Source: Leptonemataceae bacterium (GTDB lineage Bacteria > Spirochaetota > Leptospiria > Leptospirales > Leptonemataceae). From it: 64,000 nucleotides of DNA. The stretch lies in assembly GCA_965227295.1 (NCBI GenBank), contig OZ245742.1, forward strand, positions 288,001 to 352,000, in the 5' to 3' direction. Under the pieces are notes generated by a model that saw only the letters and a program-made list of their open reading frames with translations, was not told where the DNA came from and ran no database searches. Within the stretch, counting starts at the first letter, position 1. Every line of letters starts with the position of its first letter. A program made the position numbers and the translations under genes. Shown here piece after piece: positions 1 through 9,070 of this stretch.

Positions 1-217
1 CCGCCGGCTGATAGCGCAGGCCGCGCGGAACCTGGCCGCTTTCGTTGTATCGCTGAAGCGCTTCGCGGTCGTACTTCCAGCGCCCGCTCCCGTCCAGAAA
101 GCCGGGGCGGTTGTGCCAGAGGTGATCCGGAAAGTTCAGGAACAACTCGAGCAACCGTTCCGCGGGCCCGAGTTCTTCTACCAGGGCCTCGATCTGTTCG
201 TCGGTTCGTTGACTCAT
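1..217 (-). CDS. Hypothetical protein, N-terminal part only (runs off the window edge)
   Basis: Not in the ORF track. ATG at 217-215 preceded by AGAGGA; frame open to position 1: MSQRTDEQIEALVEELGPAERLLELFLNFPDHLWHNRPGFLDG... Confidence 0.7.
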   Translation of the reverse strand, partial: MSQRTDEQIEALVEELGPAERLLELFLNFPDHLWHNRPGFLDGSGRWKYDREALQRYNESGQVPRGLRYQPA

Positions 218-251
218 CGTTTGTTCCTCTTTGGTAATCTCCTTTTAGATT

Positions 252-270
252 ATTCTAACGTATTTAGAAT
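252..270. promoter_or_regulatory. Palindromic operator candidate
   Basis: ATTCTAA-CGTAT-TTAGAAT perfect 7-bp inverted repeat in AT-rich DNA about 35 bp upstream of the partial gene. Confidence 0.3.
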
Positions 271-355
271 TCGCTTCAGCGCGAGGTGTATCAAGGATGA
301 GACGAAAGAAAGTTGCATGATTCCGAACAATGTGTCGGGAAGGAGGTAAGATTCT

Positions 356-470
356 TTTGGGCGCCTCGCCGCCTTCGGCGGCGACCGGGCTTTGCGGGGC
401 TCCGCTTCGCTTCGGTCTCGCGCAAGCGCGAGACTGGCGGCTGCGCCGCCACCCCTCCAATCCCTGGCGC
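356..470 (+). repeat. REP-like multi-hairpin repeat, family A, copy 1
   Basis: TTTGGGCG...GGGCTCCGCT...CGGTCTCG..CGAGACTGGC..GCCACCC..CCAATCCCTGGCGC; same layout recurs at 13786, 24829, 27873, 28016, 54925, 55052. Confidence 0.85.
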
Positions 471-565
471 GGAGTCCCGTGGCTGCCTGTTTGAATGAGA
501 GGATTCACTGATATGCCCGCGGCCGGCCCGGAAAAGCAAGCCGATTTTATCGAACCACCGCCGGC

Positions 566-590
566 GTACCAATTGATAAACTGGAACGAC
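566..590 (+). promoter_or_regulatory. 25-bp operator-like motif upstream of the acyl-CoA dehydrogenase
   Basis: GTACCAATTGATAAACTGGAACGAC; matches motifs at 4129-4153 (-) and 5468-5492 (+). Confidence 0.6.
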
Positions 591-634
591 AGCCTTTCTA
601 TTCTGAGTTACGTTTCGCAAACAATTCACCCAGG

Positions 635-1885
635 ATGAAACCAATGCTCGAAACACAAACCCTGCCCATCACTCCACCGCGCCGCCAGGTCGATCTTTAC
701 GATGACTGTCTGCTAACCGATGAACTGCGGGCCGTTCGCGACGAAGTCCGGCAATTCGCCGATCGAATCGTTGCGCCCCGGGCCCATGCCATCGGTCACA
801 CCGACGAAACGTCGGTCGAATTCGCCCACGATGTTTTCCAGGCGATGGCCGACGCGGATCTCTTTCGAATTCCGTTTGGTGCCGGAGACGGCGGGCGCGG
901 TCTCAAGAATCCGGCGCTCGCCACCGCCCTGGCAATCGAAGAACTCGCGTATCACAGCAACAGCGTTGCCGCGGTCTTCGATGTGCATTGCATCCTCGCC
1001 GGACATGCTCTTGAACGCGGGTCGCCCGAACTGCGGGAACGTTATCTGCGTCCGGTACTGGCCGGCGAAAAAATCGGGAGCTTCGCCACGACCGAGGCCG
1101 AAGCCAGCACGGATCTTTCGCCGGGATCGTTGCAAACGATCGCGCGTGAAGTGGAGGACGGCTATTCCATCTCCGGACAAAAACGATTCATTACGAACAG
1201 TCCCGTGGCCGACTTCGTCGTCCTGCTCTGCCGCGACGGGGAACGCATGACCTTGTTCGTCGTCGACCTGGATCAACCGGGCGTGCGGATCGGACGGCCG
1301 GACCGCAAACTCGGCAACAACGGACAACTCACCGCCGATTTATATTTCGATGACGTTCGAGTTCCGGCGGCCGCCATCGTCGGCGAACGTGGAGCCGGTC
1401 TGCGCATTGCTCTGCAAACGCTGACCTACGGACGCATCGGCATCGCGGCCAGCGGCGTGGGCATGGCCCAGGCAATTTTTGATCACTGCGTTGCACGACT
1501 GAAGACACGCACCGCCTTCGGCAAGGCCCTGGCTCAGTTTCAGCACTGGCAGTTTAAGATCGCCGAGCGTGCGACTCAAATCGAAAACGCCCGCAATCTG
1601 TACTACAAAGCCGCTCTGCAACTGGACGCCGGGCGGGAGTTTCCGGAACCGCTGGCGGCCATGGCCAAGTTCTACGCCACCGATCTGGCCGCATCGTTTG
1701 CGCGCGACGGCGTGCAAATCTTCGGCGGTTACGGATTCATGCGCGAACTCGGCCATGACGCCTCGGTCTATCGCGTCGAAGAGATCTACCGCGATGCAAA
1801 GATCGCGGAGATCTATGAAGGCACGAACGAAATCCAGAAATGGATTGTGGCCCGCGGTATCTTCGGCAAAGAGTTCACCGGCTGA
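635..1885 (+). CDS. Acyl-CoA dehydrogenase (ATG at 644 is an alternative start)
   Basis: ATTEAEASTD, GQKRFITN, GRIGIAA, QIFGGYGF, IYEGTNEIQ motifs. Confidence 0.95.
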   Translation: MKPMLETQTLPITPPRRQVDLYDDCLLTDELRAVRDEVRQFADRIVAPRAHAIGHTDETSVEFAHDVFQAMADADLFRIPFGAGDGGRGLKNPALATALAIEELAYHSNSVAAVFDVHCILAGHALERGSPELRERYLRPVLAGEKIGSFATTEAEASTDLSPGSLQTIAREVEDGYSISGQKRFITNSPVADFVVLLCRDGERMTLFVVDLDQPGVRIGRPDRKLGNNGQLTADLYFDDVRVPAAAIVGERGAGLRIALQTLTYGRIGIAASGVGMAQAIFDHCVARLKTRTAFGKALAQFQHWQFKIAERATQIENARNLYYKAALQLDAGREFPEPLAAMAKFYATDLAASFARDGVQIFGGYGFMRELGHDASVYRVEEIYRDAKIAEIYEGTNEIQKWIVARGIFGKEFTG

Positions 1886-2948
1886 CGACGGCGTTGCAGA
1901 GCACCGCCCGCCCGTTCACCCGACCCTCCCGGAGATCGTTGAGCACCACGTTCGCGTCTGCGAAAGCAGCTTTCTGAATCGGGACGGACTCCGGCTTCTT
2001 TGCGGCGACCAGAGCCATGAGCTCTTTGAGTTCTGCAAGGGAGCCGGTGAAACTCCCGGCCAACGTCAACGTCTTTAGAACCATCAACGGAGTAAGCAGG
2101 ATCATCTTACCGCCGAACAGGCCGACAAAGATCTGCTTACCGTTTTTACGGAGCAAAGAAAAGCCGAGAACGGCGGTCGCGGAATTGTTTACGAAATCCA
2201 CGACGGCCGCCGGTTCACCGCCCAGAACTTCGCGGATTTTCGCGGCGGCATCTTTCTCGTTTGCCGAGTTTACGACGGCATAACGATCCGAAAAACTCCG
2301 CACGCTTGCGAGTTTCGAATCGTCGATATCAACGAACACCACCTTCGCATCCGTAAGATAGCGCGCGACCTGAGCCGCGAACAAGCCCACGCCTCCCGCC
2401 CCGATAATCACCAGGCCGTCGTCCGCTGACAACGGTAGCGCTTTCTTCAGGGCGCTGTACGCCGTCAGACCGGCACAGGCGTACGAACACGCGATTTCCG
2501 GTGAAAGGTCGCCGATGTCGACCAGCAGTTCGGCATCGGGCACGATCACCATTTCCTGATACCCGCCGTCACGATAGATTCCGAGCGAACTCGGCGCATC
2601 ACAGAGGTGCGAATTTCCCGAGGTGCAATCGTTACATGAACCGCAGCCGGTCCAGGGATACACCAGGCGCAGGTCGCCCGGTTGTACGCCGCGCGCATCG
2701 GGCCCGGCTTTCCGCACGCGCCCGACGATCTCGTGACCGGGAGTCAGGGGCAACTGCACGCCCGTGTCGACGACGTCGAGTTTTTTGCCGCCGCCGAAAC
2801 TATAGAAGCCTTCCCATACGTGCAGGTCCGAGTGGCAGACACCGCAGGCCGCCGTTTCCAGCAGAACCTCGCTGCCCGTGGGCTCCGACACTTCCGCGTC
2901 TTCGTAAACAAGTTCTTCCCCGAAGTTAGTGATTCTCATTCGTTTCAT
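1875..2948 (-). CDS. Zinc-dependent alcohol dehydrogenase (MDR family)
   Basis: CGVCHSDLH, GHEIVG, CGSCNDC..C structural Zn site, GAGGVG Rossmann motif; 11-bp convergent overlap with the preceding gene. Confidence 0.95.
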   Translation of the reverse strand: MKRMRITNFGEELVYEDAEVSEPTGSEVLLETAACGVCHSDLHVWEGFYSFGGGKKLDVVDTGVQLPLTPGHEIVGRVRKAGPDARGVQPGDLRLVYPWTGCGSCNDCTSGNSHLCDAPSSLGIYRDGGYQEMVIVPDAELLVDIGDLSPEIACSYACAGLTAYSALKKALPLSADDGLVIIGAGGVGLFAAQVARYLTDAKVVFVDIDDSKLASVRSFSDRYAVVNSANEKDAAAKIREVLGGEPAAVVDFVNNSATAVLGFSLLRKNGKQIFVGLFGGKMILLTPLMVLKTLTLAGSFTGSLAELKELMALVAAKKPESVPIQKAAFADANVVLNDLREGRVNGRAVLCNAVVSR

Positions 2949-2970
2949 AACTTAATATACTCCCGTGAAT

Positions 2971-4074
2971 TCAGGCCGCACCGGCGGCCGGCGCACTCTC
3001 GTGCGTTTGCTGCTGTTGTTTTTCCAGGAAACGATTCCCGTGCAGGATGCTCTTAAAATCGTTAAAGCGGATTCCGTAGCGCCGCAGGGCCGGTCGCACG
3101 TACGGGGCCACGGCCTGCCGCAAATAAAACGGCTGGTTTACCACGAAGTGGTGGATGCCGTGCGTCGCGCCGAAGTTAAAACAAAACAAGTGCAACGGAA
3201 ACACGAGCCACGAATCCAGGACCTGGGTCTGGCGATAGATCCCGCGAATATTTCCATAATAATGCATGTTCGAAGACACGAGCTGGATTGCCGTTTGCCG
3301 CCACCAGCACGGAATCAAATACACGACTGCCGCCGTGTTCAGAACGTTGTGCACCGTGGCCAGCCACGCCGGCTCGGTGAAGGGCGAGCCCAATGCTACA
3401 TTCACCAACGACAGAGCTCCCCAGATCAGGAAGGCGTACCAGGCCAGGTGAAAGATCTGTCGATAGTAACCGATCGTATGCGGCGCTTCGATCCGACGCA
3501 AGAAACGCGCGGCGTCGCGGGCAATCCGGGGCCCCTGAAAACGGCGGGCCATCAAAGGATCGAGCATCGTGAGCAAACGTTGCCAGCCGAAGGCCATGCC
3601 GTTCCCAATAAAACGTTCTTCCATGTCCTCTTTGTTACCGGAGAGTCGATGGTGTAAGAGGTGGACTTCTTTCCGAAACCAGGGATTGATCGCGTTGCAT
3701 CGAAACATCCACACGACCCAGAACATAAAGTTCTGAGCGCGCGAGCCGGCCTTAAAATACAGGCTGTGGATCAGATCATGTTCGATTTCGTGCAGGAATG
3801 ACGCGAGAATCGCGTTCACCACGATGCAGGCCCAGGCCGGAATCATTCCGGCGATGTACAGCCCCGCCGTCGCAATCATGCCGGCCGCCGAGCCCAGAGT
3901 AATCGCCATGCCGATGGCGTTCTGGTGGCGCAGAAACTTGTACTTACGTCGCAGCCGCAGATCGCCGTAGCGGATCCACTTCTGGATGCGGCGCGTACGT
4001 TCGCGTTCGTCCAGGTTGTTTATGTAAGCGGCGTGTTGTTCGCGCGCACTCATTGTTGTGTCTATTGCATTCAT
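2971..4074 (-). CDS. Membrane di-iron fatty acid desaturase/hydroxylase family protein
   Basis: His boxes HEIEH, HLLHH, HGIHH plus hydrophobic TM segments. Confidence 0.9.
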   Translation of the reverse strand: MNAIDTTMSAREQHAAYINNLDERERTRRIQKWIRYGDLRLRRKYKFLRHQNAIGMAITLGSAAGMIATAGLYIAGMIPAWACIVVNAILASFLHEIEHDLIHSLYFKAGSRAQNFMFWVVWMFRCNAINPWFRKEVHLLHHRLSGNKEDMEERFIGNGMAFGWQRLLTMLDPLMARRFQGPRIARDAARFLRRIEAPHTIGYYRQIFHLAWYAFLIWGALSLVNVALGSPFTEPAWLATVHNVLNTAAVVYLIPCWWRQTAIQLVSSNMHYYGNIRGIYRQTQVLDSWLVFPLHLFCFNFGATHGIHHFVVNQPFYLRQAVAPYVRPALRRYGIRFNDFKSILHGNRFLEKQQQQTHESAPAAGAA

Positions 4075-4128
4075 AACCTTCCCTCAAGAGTTGTTATGAA
4101 CCGATGCTACCACACTCAGCGGCGGCTC

Positions 4129-4153
4129 GTCGCACCACTTTATAAAGCGGTAC
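4129..4153 (-). promoter_or_regulatory. 25-bp operator-like motif upstream of the desaturase-ADH operon
   Basis: Minus strand GTACCGCTTTATAAAGTGGTGCGAC, followed downstream by extended -10-like TGGTAGCAT. Confidence 0.6.
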
Positions 4154-4202
4154 GCTGCGGGAGGTCCCGGCTGCGCGTCGGATCAGGTCGGGGAGAGGGC
4201 AA

Positions 4203-5366
4203 TCAGTCCGTTGCGCCGGCCGGCGGATCCTGTTCACGATAGGCCGAAGGCGAAATGCCGGTAAACTTCACAAAGGCGCGGTGAAACGAAGTTTTGCTCC
4301 GGAATCCGACCTCGTAACCGATGTCCAGAATGGAACGTTCCGGCGCGCGACGCAGGAGCTCCCGGGCCTCGCGGATGCGGTACTCGTTTACGAAGACCGC
4401 AAAGTTCTTTCCAAGCCGATCGTTCATGAATTCCGAAAGCTGGTGAGGAGAAATAGCGAGGTCGTCGGCGAGCGTCGCGAGGCTCAGGTTCTCGTCGCGG
4501 TAGAGACAATCGCGCTCCATGGTCTGCAGCAGATTTTCGCGCAGTATCTCCAGGTCTTCCCCTGCCAGGAGTGAGCGGACATACCGACGCCGGGTAGCCT
4601 GGGCGACTTCGTGCAGATTCTGAAAGTAGGCCGGGTATCTGCGACCGATGAGATAGGAGACGCAATGACTGAGAGCCATCAACGCGGTTCCGGCCAGAAG
4701 AGCCCGCGGATCCCGATCCACGAAATAGAGAATGCACACCGCGTGATTGATGAACGCCGCCACAACGAGATACAATAAGAGCCGGGCCGTCCATTCTTCT
4801 TTCAGCACGGTCCGGGTGAAGAGCATTTTGCTGCCCTGCGCGAGCGCGCTAATATAAAGCAGCAGAATCACGAGCGGCACGAGATACCACAGATCGTTCG
4901 CCTGGAATGTCGGAGCGGAACGAAAGGCATGCAGGCCCGCGACGATGCGTTCTTCCGGCAGACAACACAGCGCAATGTACACGATGCCTGTGCCCGCGGG
5001 AACAATGTGATGTTTGTTCCGGAGTCGGGGCTCATAGCCGGCTTCCCCCGGCGCCTGAATACACTTATGGATTCCGTAAATGACCGGCCCGAGCAAGCCC
5101 AGCACTGGAATGTGCAGTAGCGTCAGCCGCGGAAAAGTTTCGTAACCGCCGAGAACAAAGAGGAGCGTCGTCGCCTGCAATAAGCTGAGGCAAATAAACA
5201 TTACCGCCAGCAGATAGTTGAGCTGCCGTCGGGTCGGCAGGATCCATTGGCCGAGGCACAACAAAGCACCGTGGTAAGCACCGAAGATCGTGAACGAAAG
5301 CAAGAACATCCAATCCAGACTAAGTGTTTCCAACGGAGACTCTCGCAGCGACAGAACCGCCGGCAA
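4203..5366 (-). CDS. AraC-family transcriptional regulator with N-terminal multi-TM sensor domain
   Basis: About 6-7 hydrophobic helices, then LYRDENLSLATLA...FVNEYRIREA...IGYEVGFRSKTSFHRAF AraC HTH. Confidence 0.92.
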   Translation of the reverse strand: MPAVLSLRESPLETLSLDWMFLLSFTIFGAYHGALLCLGQWILPTRRQLNYLLAVMFICLSLLQATTLLFVLGGYETFPRLTLLHIPVLGLLGPVIYGIHKCIQAPGEAGYEPRLRNKHHIVPAGTGIVYIALCCLPEERIVAGLHAFRSAPTFQANDLWYLVPLVILLLYISALAQGSKMLFTRTVLKEEWTARLLLYLVVAAFINHAVCILYFVDRDPRALLAGTALMALSHCVSYLIGRRYPAYFQNLHEVAQATRRRYVRSLLAGEDLEILRENLLQTMERDCLYRDENLSLATLADDLAISPHQLSEFMNDRLGKNFAVFVNEYRIREARELLRRAPERSILDIGYEVGFRSKTSFHRAFVKFTGISPSAYREQDPPAGATD

Positions 5367-5467
5367 AATTACGCGGCCGGAACACTCCTGTCAATGACTA
5401 ACCCGAACATTCGAGCCGCATTCCGGTTTCAATTTATAAACTGAATCTCCGAGGAACCGCACGTGAG

Positions 5468-5492
5468 GTGCCAGTTTATAGAGCGGTGCGAC
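5468..5492 (+). promoter_or_regulatory. 25-bp operator-like motif upstream of the aldehyde dehydrogenase
   Basis: GTGCCAGTTTATAGAGCGGTGCGAC followed by TGGTATACT (-10-like); a degenerate copy lies at 5426-5450. Confidence 0.6.
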
Positions 5493-5558
5493 GCCCGGGC
5501 CGTGCGTGGTATACTGCAGCCACATTTCGACATACGATAACGAAGAGGTTGCGATCCC

Positions 5559-7049
5559 ATGTCCACTACCACGATACAAACTCAGGCCGACACCACATGG
5601 AACAAGGACGTCTGGCAGCGAAAATTCTACAGCGGCGGCTGGACGAGCCTTTCTGAAACCACGCTGCAAGTTCAGGAACCGGCCACGGGCGAGCTGTTGA
5701 TCGAAGTGGCCGCGGGCGATGCGACGCACATTCGTCAGGCGGCGGCCGCGGCTCGTGCGGCGCAGCGTGACTGGGCCCGGACACCGGGAAAAGAACGTGC
5801 CGCCGTTCTCGAACGAGCGGCCGAATTCTTCGAACAGCACCGGGATGCATGTCTTACCTGGCTCATTCGCGAAAGCGGGAGCGTACGCCCCAAGGCGGAA
5901 CAGGAGTTACATCTTGCCATCAACACACTGCGCACGGCGGCCGAGCTCGCCGACGCCGCACACGAAATCGTATTACCGGCGACGGGCGAATCGCAGAACA
6001 CGGCACGTCGCATTCCCCGGGGCGTCGTGGGATTGATTACGCCGTTTAACTTTCCATTGTCTCTCGCGGTGCGCACGGTGGCGCCGGCCCTGGCCCTGGG
6101 CAATGCCGTCATCCTGAAGCCTGATCCGCGCACACCGTGTTCCGGCGGATTCATACTCGCTTCGGCTCTCGAAGCGGCGGGCCTGTCGGCCGATCTACTG
6201 CATGTGATTCCGGGGACGCACGAAGCCGGCGCCGCGCTCTGCAGCGATCCCGACGTCGCGATGATCTCTTTTACCGGCAGCACCGAAGCCGGTCGCAAAG
6301 TCGGCGCGCTCGCGGCACAACATCTGAAGAAGGTCTCCCTGGAACTTGGCGGCAAAAACGCGTTCGTGGTTCTCGACGATGCGGATTTGAATCTGGCTGT
6401 CTCCCACGCATCTTTCGGATCGTTCTTTCATCAGGGGCAGATCTGCCTCGCAACGGGACGCATCCTCGTACACCGGAACATCGCGAAAGAATTCGTAGAG
6501 CAGCTCGCGAAACGCGCCGGCCGTTTGTCGGTGGGCGATCCCATGGCACCGCGCACGGCACTGGGTCCGCTCATCGACGCAGGCCAGTGCGTGCGCGTGC
6601 ATTCGATCGTGCAGGACTCCGTCGCCGCGGGTGCCGAACTACGAGCCGGTGGAAGCTGCGAAGGGCTGATGTATCAGGCCACCGTACTGGATGGAGTGAA
6701 GCCGGGCATGCGGGCCTTTGACGAAGAAATCTTCGGCCCCGTGGCCGCGGTAACGACGTTCGAATCGGAAGCGCAGGCCGTGGACCTGGTCCACGCTGGC
6801 GGTTACGGTCTCGTCGCGAGCGTCTTCGCCGCTTCGACGGAACGAGCCCTGGAGTTCGGCCGCAATCTGAACGTGGCTATGTTGCATGTAAATCAGCACA
6901 CGATTCAAGAAGAAGCGCACGCGCCCTTCGGCGGCCTCGGCGCCTCCGGCAACGGCAGCAGCCAGGGCGGTCCCGCGAATCTCGACGAATTCACGACGTG
7001 GCATTGGATCACGGTCGAGGCTGCGCCGCGCCGCATGACGCCGTTTTGA
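5559..7049 (+). CDS. NAD(P)-dependent aldehyde dehydrogenase (benzaldehyde dehydrogenase-like)
   Basis: ITPFNFP, FTGST, LELGGKN, FHQGQIC, EEIFGPV motifs. Confidence 0.95.
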   Translation: MSTTTIQTQADTTWNKDVWQRKFYSGGWTSLSETTLQVQEPATGELLIEVAAGDATHIRQAAAAARAAQRDWARTPGKERAAVLERAAEFFEQHRDACLTWLIRESGSVRPKAEQELHLAINTLRTAAELADAAHEIVLPATGESQNTARRIPRGVVGLITPFNFPLSLAVRTVAPALALGNAVILKPDPRTPCSGGFILASALEAAGLSADLLHVIPGTHEAGAALCSDPDVAMISFTGSTEAGRKVGALAAQHLKKVSLELGGKNAFVVLDDADLNLAVSHASFGSFFHQGQICLATGRILVHRNIAKEFVEQLAKRAGRLSVGDPMAPRTALGPLIDAGQCVRVHSIVQDSVAAGAELRAGGSCEGLMYQATVLDGVKPGMRAFDEEIFGPVAAVTTFESEAQAVDLVHAGGYGLVASVFAASTERALEFGRNLNVAMLHVNQHTIQEEAHAPFGGLGASGNGSSQGGPANLDEFTTWHWITVEAAPRRMTPF

Positions 7050-7124
7050 AGGCGGCCAATCCGGGCACGCTCCCACCGCGTTTTTCGCTACCCGCGTTAC
7101 GATACGATCCGCCTCCTGACCGGC

Positions 7125-8693
7125 ATGTGCGGCATTGCCCTCATTGCCGGCGGCAGCGAAGACCATCGCAACGAACTGCGCCACATGCTCGCGCAAATGC
7201 AACACCGCGGCGAACTGACCGGCGTCCACTATGCGCCCGGTCTCGCCGCCGGTGTCCGCCGCCTGCCCATCGTCGACCGCCAGCACAACCATCAACCACG
7301 CATCTCGTCCGAACGCGTCCTCGTCTTCAACGGCGAGATCTACAACTACCAGGCGCTACGCCGCGAACTCGCCGGCCGGGACTTTCAGGGCGACGGCGAT
7401 ACCGAAGTCCTGCTGCGCGCGTTCGAAACCCACGGCCCCGACTGCGTCCACGCACTGGACGGCCAGTTCGCCTTCGTCATCGCCGGGCGCGAGCAACTCT
7501 TTTTCGCGCGCGATCCCCTGGGCATCAAACCGCTCTACTACGTAACATGTGCTGATTCGACATTAGCACCGATCTTTTACTTCGCCTCCGAGATCAAAGC
7601 CCTCACGTTCCTCGGCCGGCCGATCCGCTCGGTACCGCCCGGGCATCGCGGCACGGCGGATTTGCAGAGCGGCCGCGTTACGACCCGGGCCTGGTTCCAG
7701 GCAAAGCCCGGCAAACAACAGTCCGACGAAGCCGCCGCCGTCGACGAAGTCCGTACGTTGCTGGACCAGGCCGTGCGCAAACGCGTCGCCACCGATCTGC
7801 CCGTCGGCGTCGTCTACAGCGGCGGCATCGACAGCAGCATCGTCCTGCATCACGCACGCAAACATCACGACAACGTCACCGCTTTCACCGTCGTGAGTGA
7901 TCATCCGCGCCGCCCCGGGGCGGACCTGGCCTTCGCACGACGCTACTGCGAAGAACACGGCGTGCGCCATGTTATTGTTAACCTTCGCGCGCAAGATCTT
8001 AGCGCGGCTGCTGTACGCGCCGCCGTTCATTCCGGTGAACTCTCCGAGTACGGTGACGTCATCAACGCCCTCATCAGCCTGCCGCTGTTTCGGGCCGTGC
8101 GCGACGCCGGCATCAAAATCGCGCTCACCGGTGACGGTTCCGACGAACTTTTCGCCGGCTACGACATGTACGCCCGCGCCACGAACGGCAAAACCTCCGC
8201 GGCCCGGCTGTCCGCGCACAAACTCGCGAACCTGCATCGCACGGAACTGCAACGCGTGGATCGCTGTGCCATGGCGGCCGGTGTGGAAGCGCGCACCCCG
8301 TTCCTCGACGCGGCACTGATTCGATTCGCCGCCGACCTTCCGGACGATCTGAAGCTCCGGCCCAGCGCGGACGGCGTGGCCGAAAAGTACATCTTGCGTG
8401 CGGCCTTCGCGGACGAGTTGCCGGAGTACATCCTCCGGCGCCGCAAGAACGCGCTCTCTTACTCCAGCGGCCTGCACGAAATCGGGCGGTACTACAAACC
8501 GGCCTTTGCAAAACTCCACCGCGCGCGGCGCTACGAACTGCACGAGCCGCTGCACCGGGATTTCTCGCGGGCGCTGCGCCTGGCCGACGGCGACGTCGAT
8601 CGCGCCGCGGCGGAAATCACCGCCGGCCGAACTGAATCGATGTACTATCTGTATCGGGAGCGCCTGGCCGCGTGGCTGCGCCTGCGATTTTAG
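7125..8693 (+). CDS. asnB: Asparagine synthetase B-like glutamine-dependent amidotransferase
   Basis: N-terminal MCGI, FNGEIYN, RDPLGIKPLY, SGGIDSS PP-loop, TGDGSDELFAGY, EARTPFLD. Confidence 0.88.
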   Translation: MCGIALIAGGSEDHRNELRHMLAQMQHRGELTGVHYAPGLAAGVRRLPIVDRQHNHQPRISSERVLVFNGEIYNYQALRRELAGRDFQGDGDTEVLLRAFETHGPDCVHALDGQFAFVIAGREQLFFARDPLGIKPLYYVTCADSTLAPIFYFASEIKALTFLGRPIRSVPPGHRGTADLQSGRVTTRAWFQAKPGKQQSDEAAAVDEVRTLLDQAVRKRVATDLPVGVVYSGGIDSSIVLHHARKHHDNVTAFTVVSDHPRRPGADLAFARRYCEEHGVRHVIVNLRAQDLSAAAVRAAVHSGELSEYGDVINALISLPLFRAVRDAGIKIALTGDGSDELFAGYDMYARATNGKTSAARLSAHKLANLHRTELQRVDRCAMAAGVEARTPFLDAALIRFAADLPDDLKLRPSADGVAEKYILRAAFADELPEYILRRRKNALSYSSGLHEIGRYYKPAFAKLHRARRYELHEPLHRDFSRALRLADGDVDRAAAEITAGRTESMYYLYRERLAAWLRLRF

Positions 8694-8756
8694 CGTTGCG
8701 CGATCCGGAGCATCTGACAAACTTCGGATATCACGCCGTTTTGCCGGAGTTCCATC

Positions 8757-9044
8757 ATGCTCACTCGCTATCTTTTCCTGATTCTACTGGCCGCCGTTGT
8801 TGTGCTGAGCCCCGTCCTGGCACAGAACGGCCAGGACGCAAGCCCGGCGCAGATGGACGAGTTCGACGCGCCCTACGGACCCTACGGCCCGCCGGCCGAC
8901 GACGACTACTACGGCCCGTATGGACCTTACGGGCCCTACGGTCCCGACGATGAAGGCGAAGATTACTACGGTCCGTATGGACCCTACGGACCGTATGGCC
9001 CTTACGACGAGGGCGAAGATTTCTACGGCCCGTACGGACCCTGA
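8757..9044 (+). CDS. Small secreted Tyr-Gly-Pro repeat protein
   Basis: Sec signal (MLTRYLFLILLAAVVVLSPVLA), then YGP triplet blocks separated by acidic spacers; the repeats vary at synonymous positions. Confidence 0.85.
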   Translation: MLTRYLFLILLAAVVVLSPVLAQNGQDASPAQMDEFDAPYGPYGPPADDDYYGPYGPYGPYGPDDEGEDYYGPYGPYGPYGPYDEGEDFYGPYGP

Positions 9045-9070
9045 GGCCCTTAATTTCTAATTAAAAAATG

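Noticed and set aside
7125-8693. AsnB homologue as a lasso-peptide cyclase
   Set aside because: It keeps the N-terminal catalytic Cys of glutamine amidotransferases, and no B1/B2 (RRE/protease) genes or lasso-type precursor are nearby
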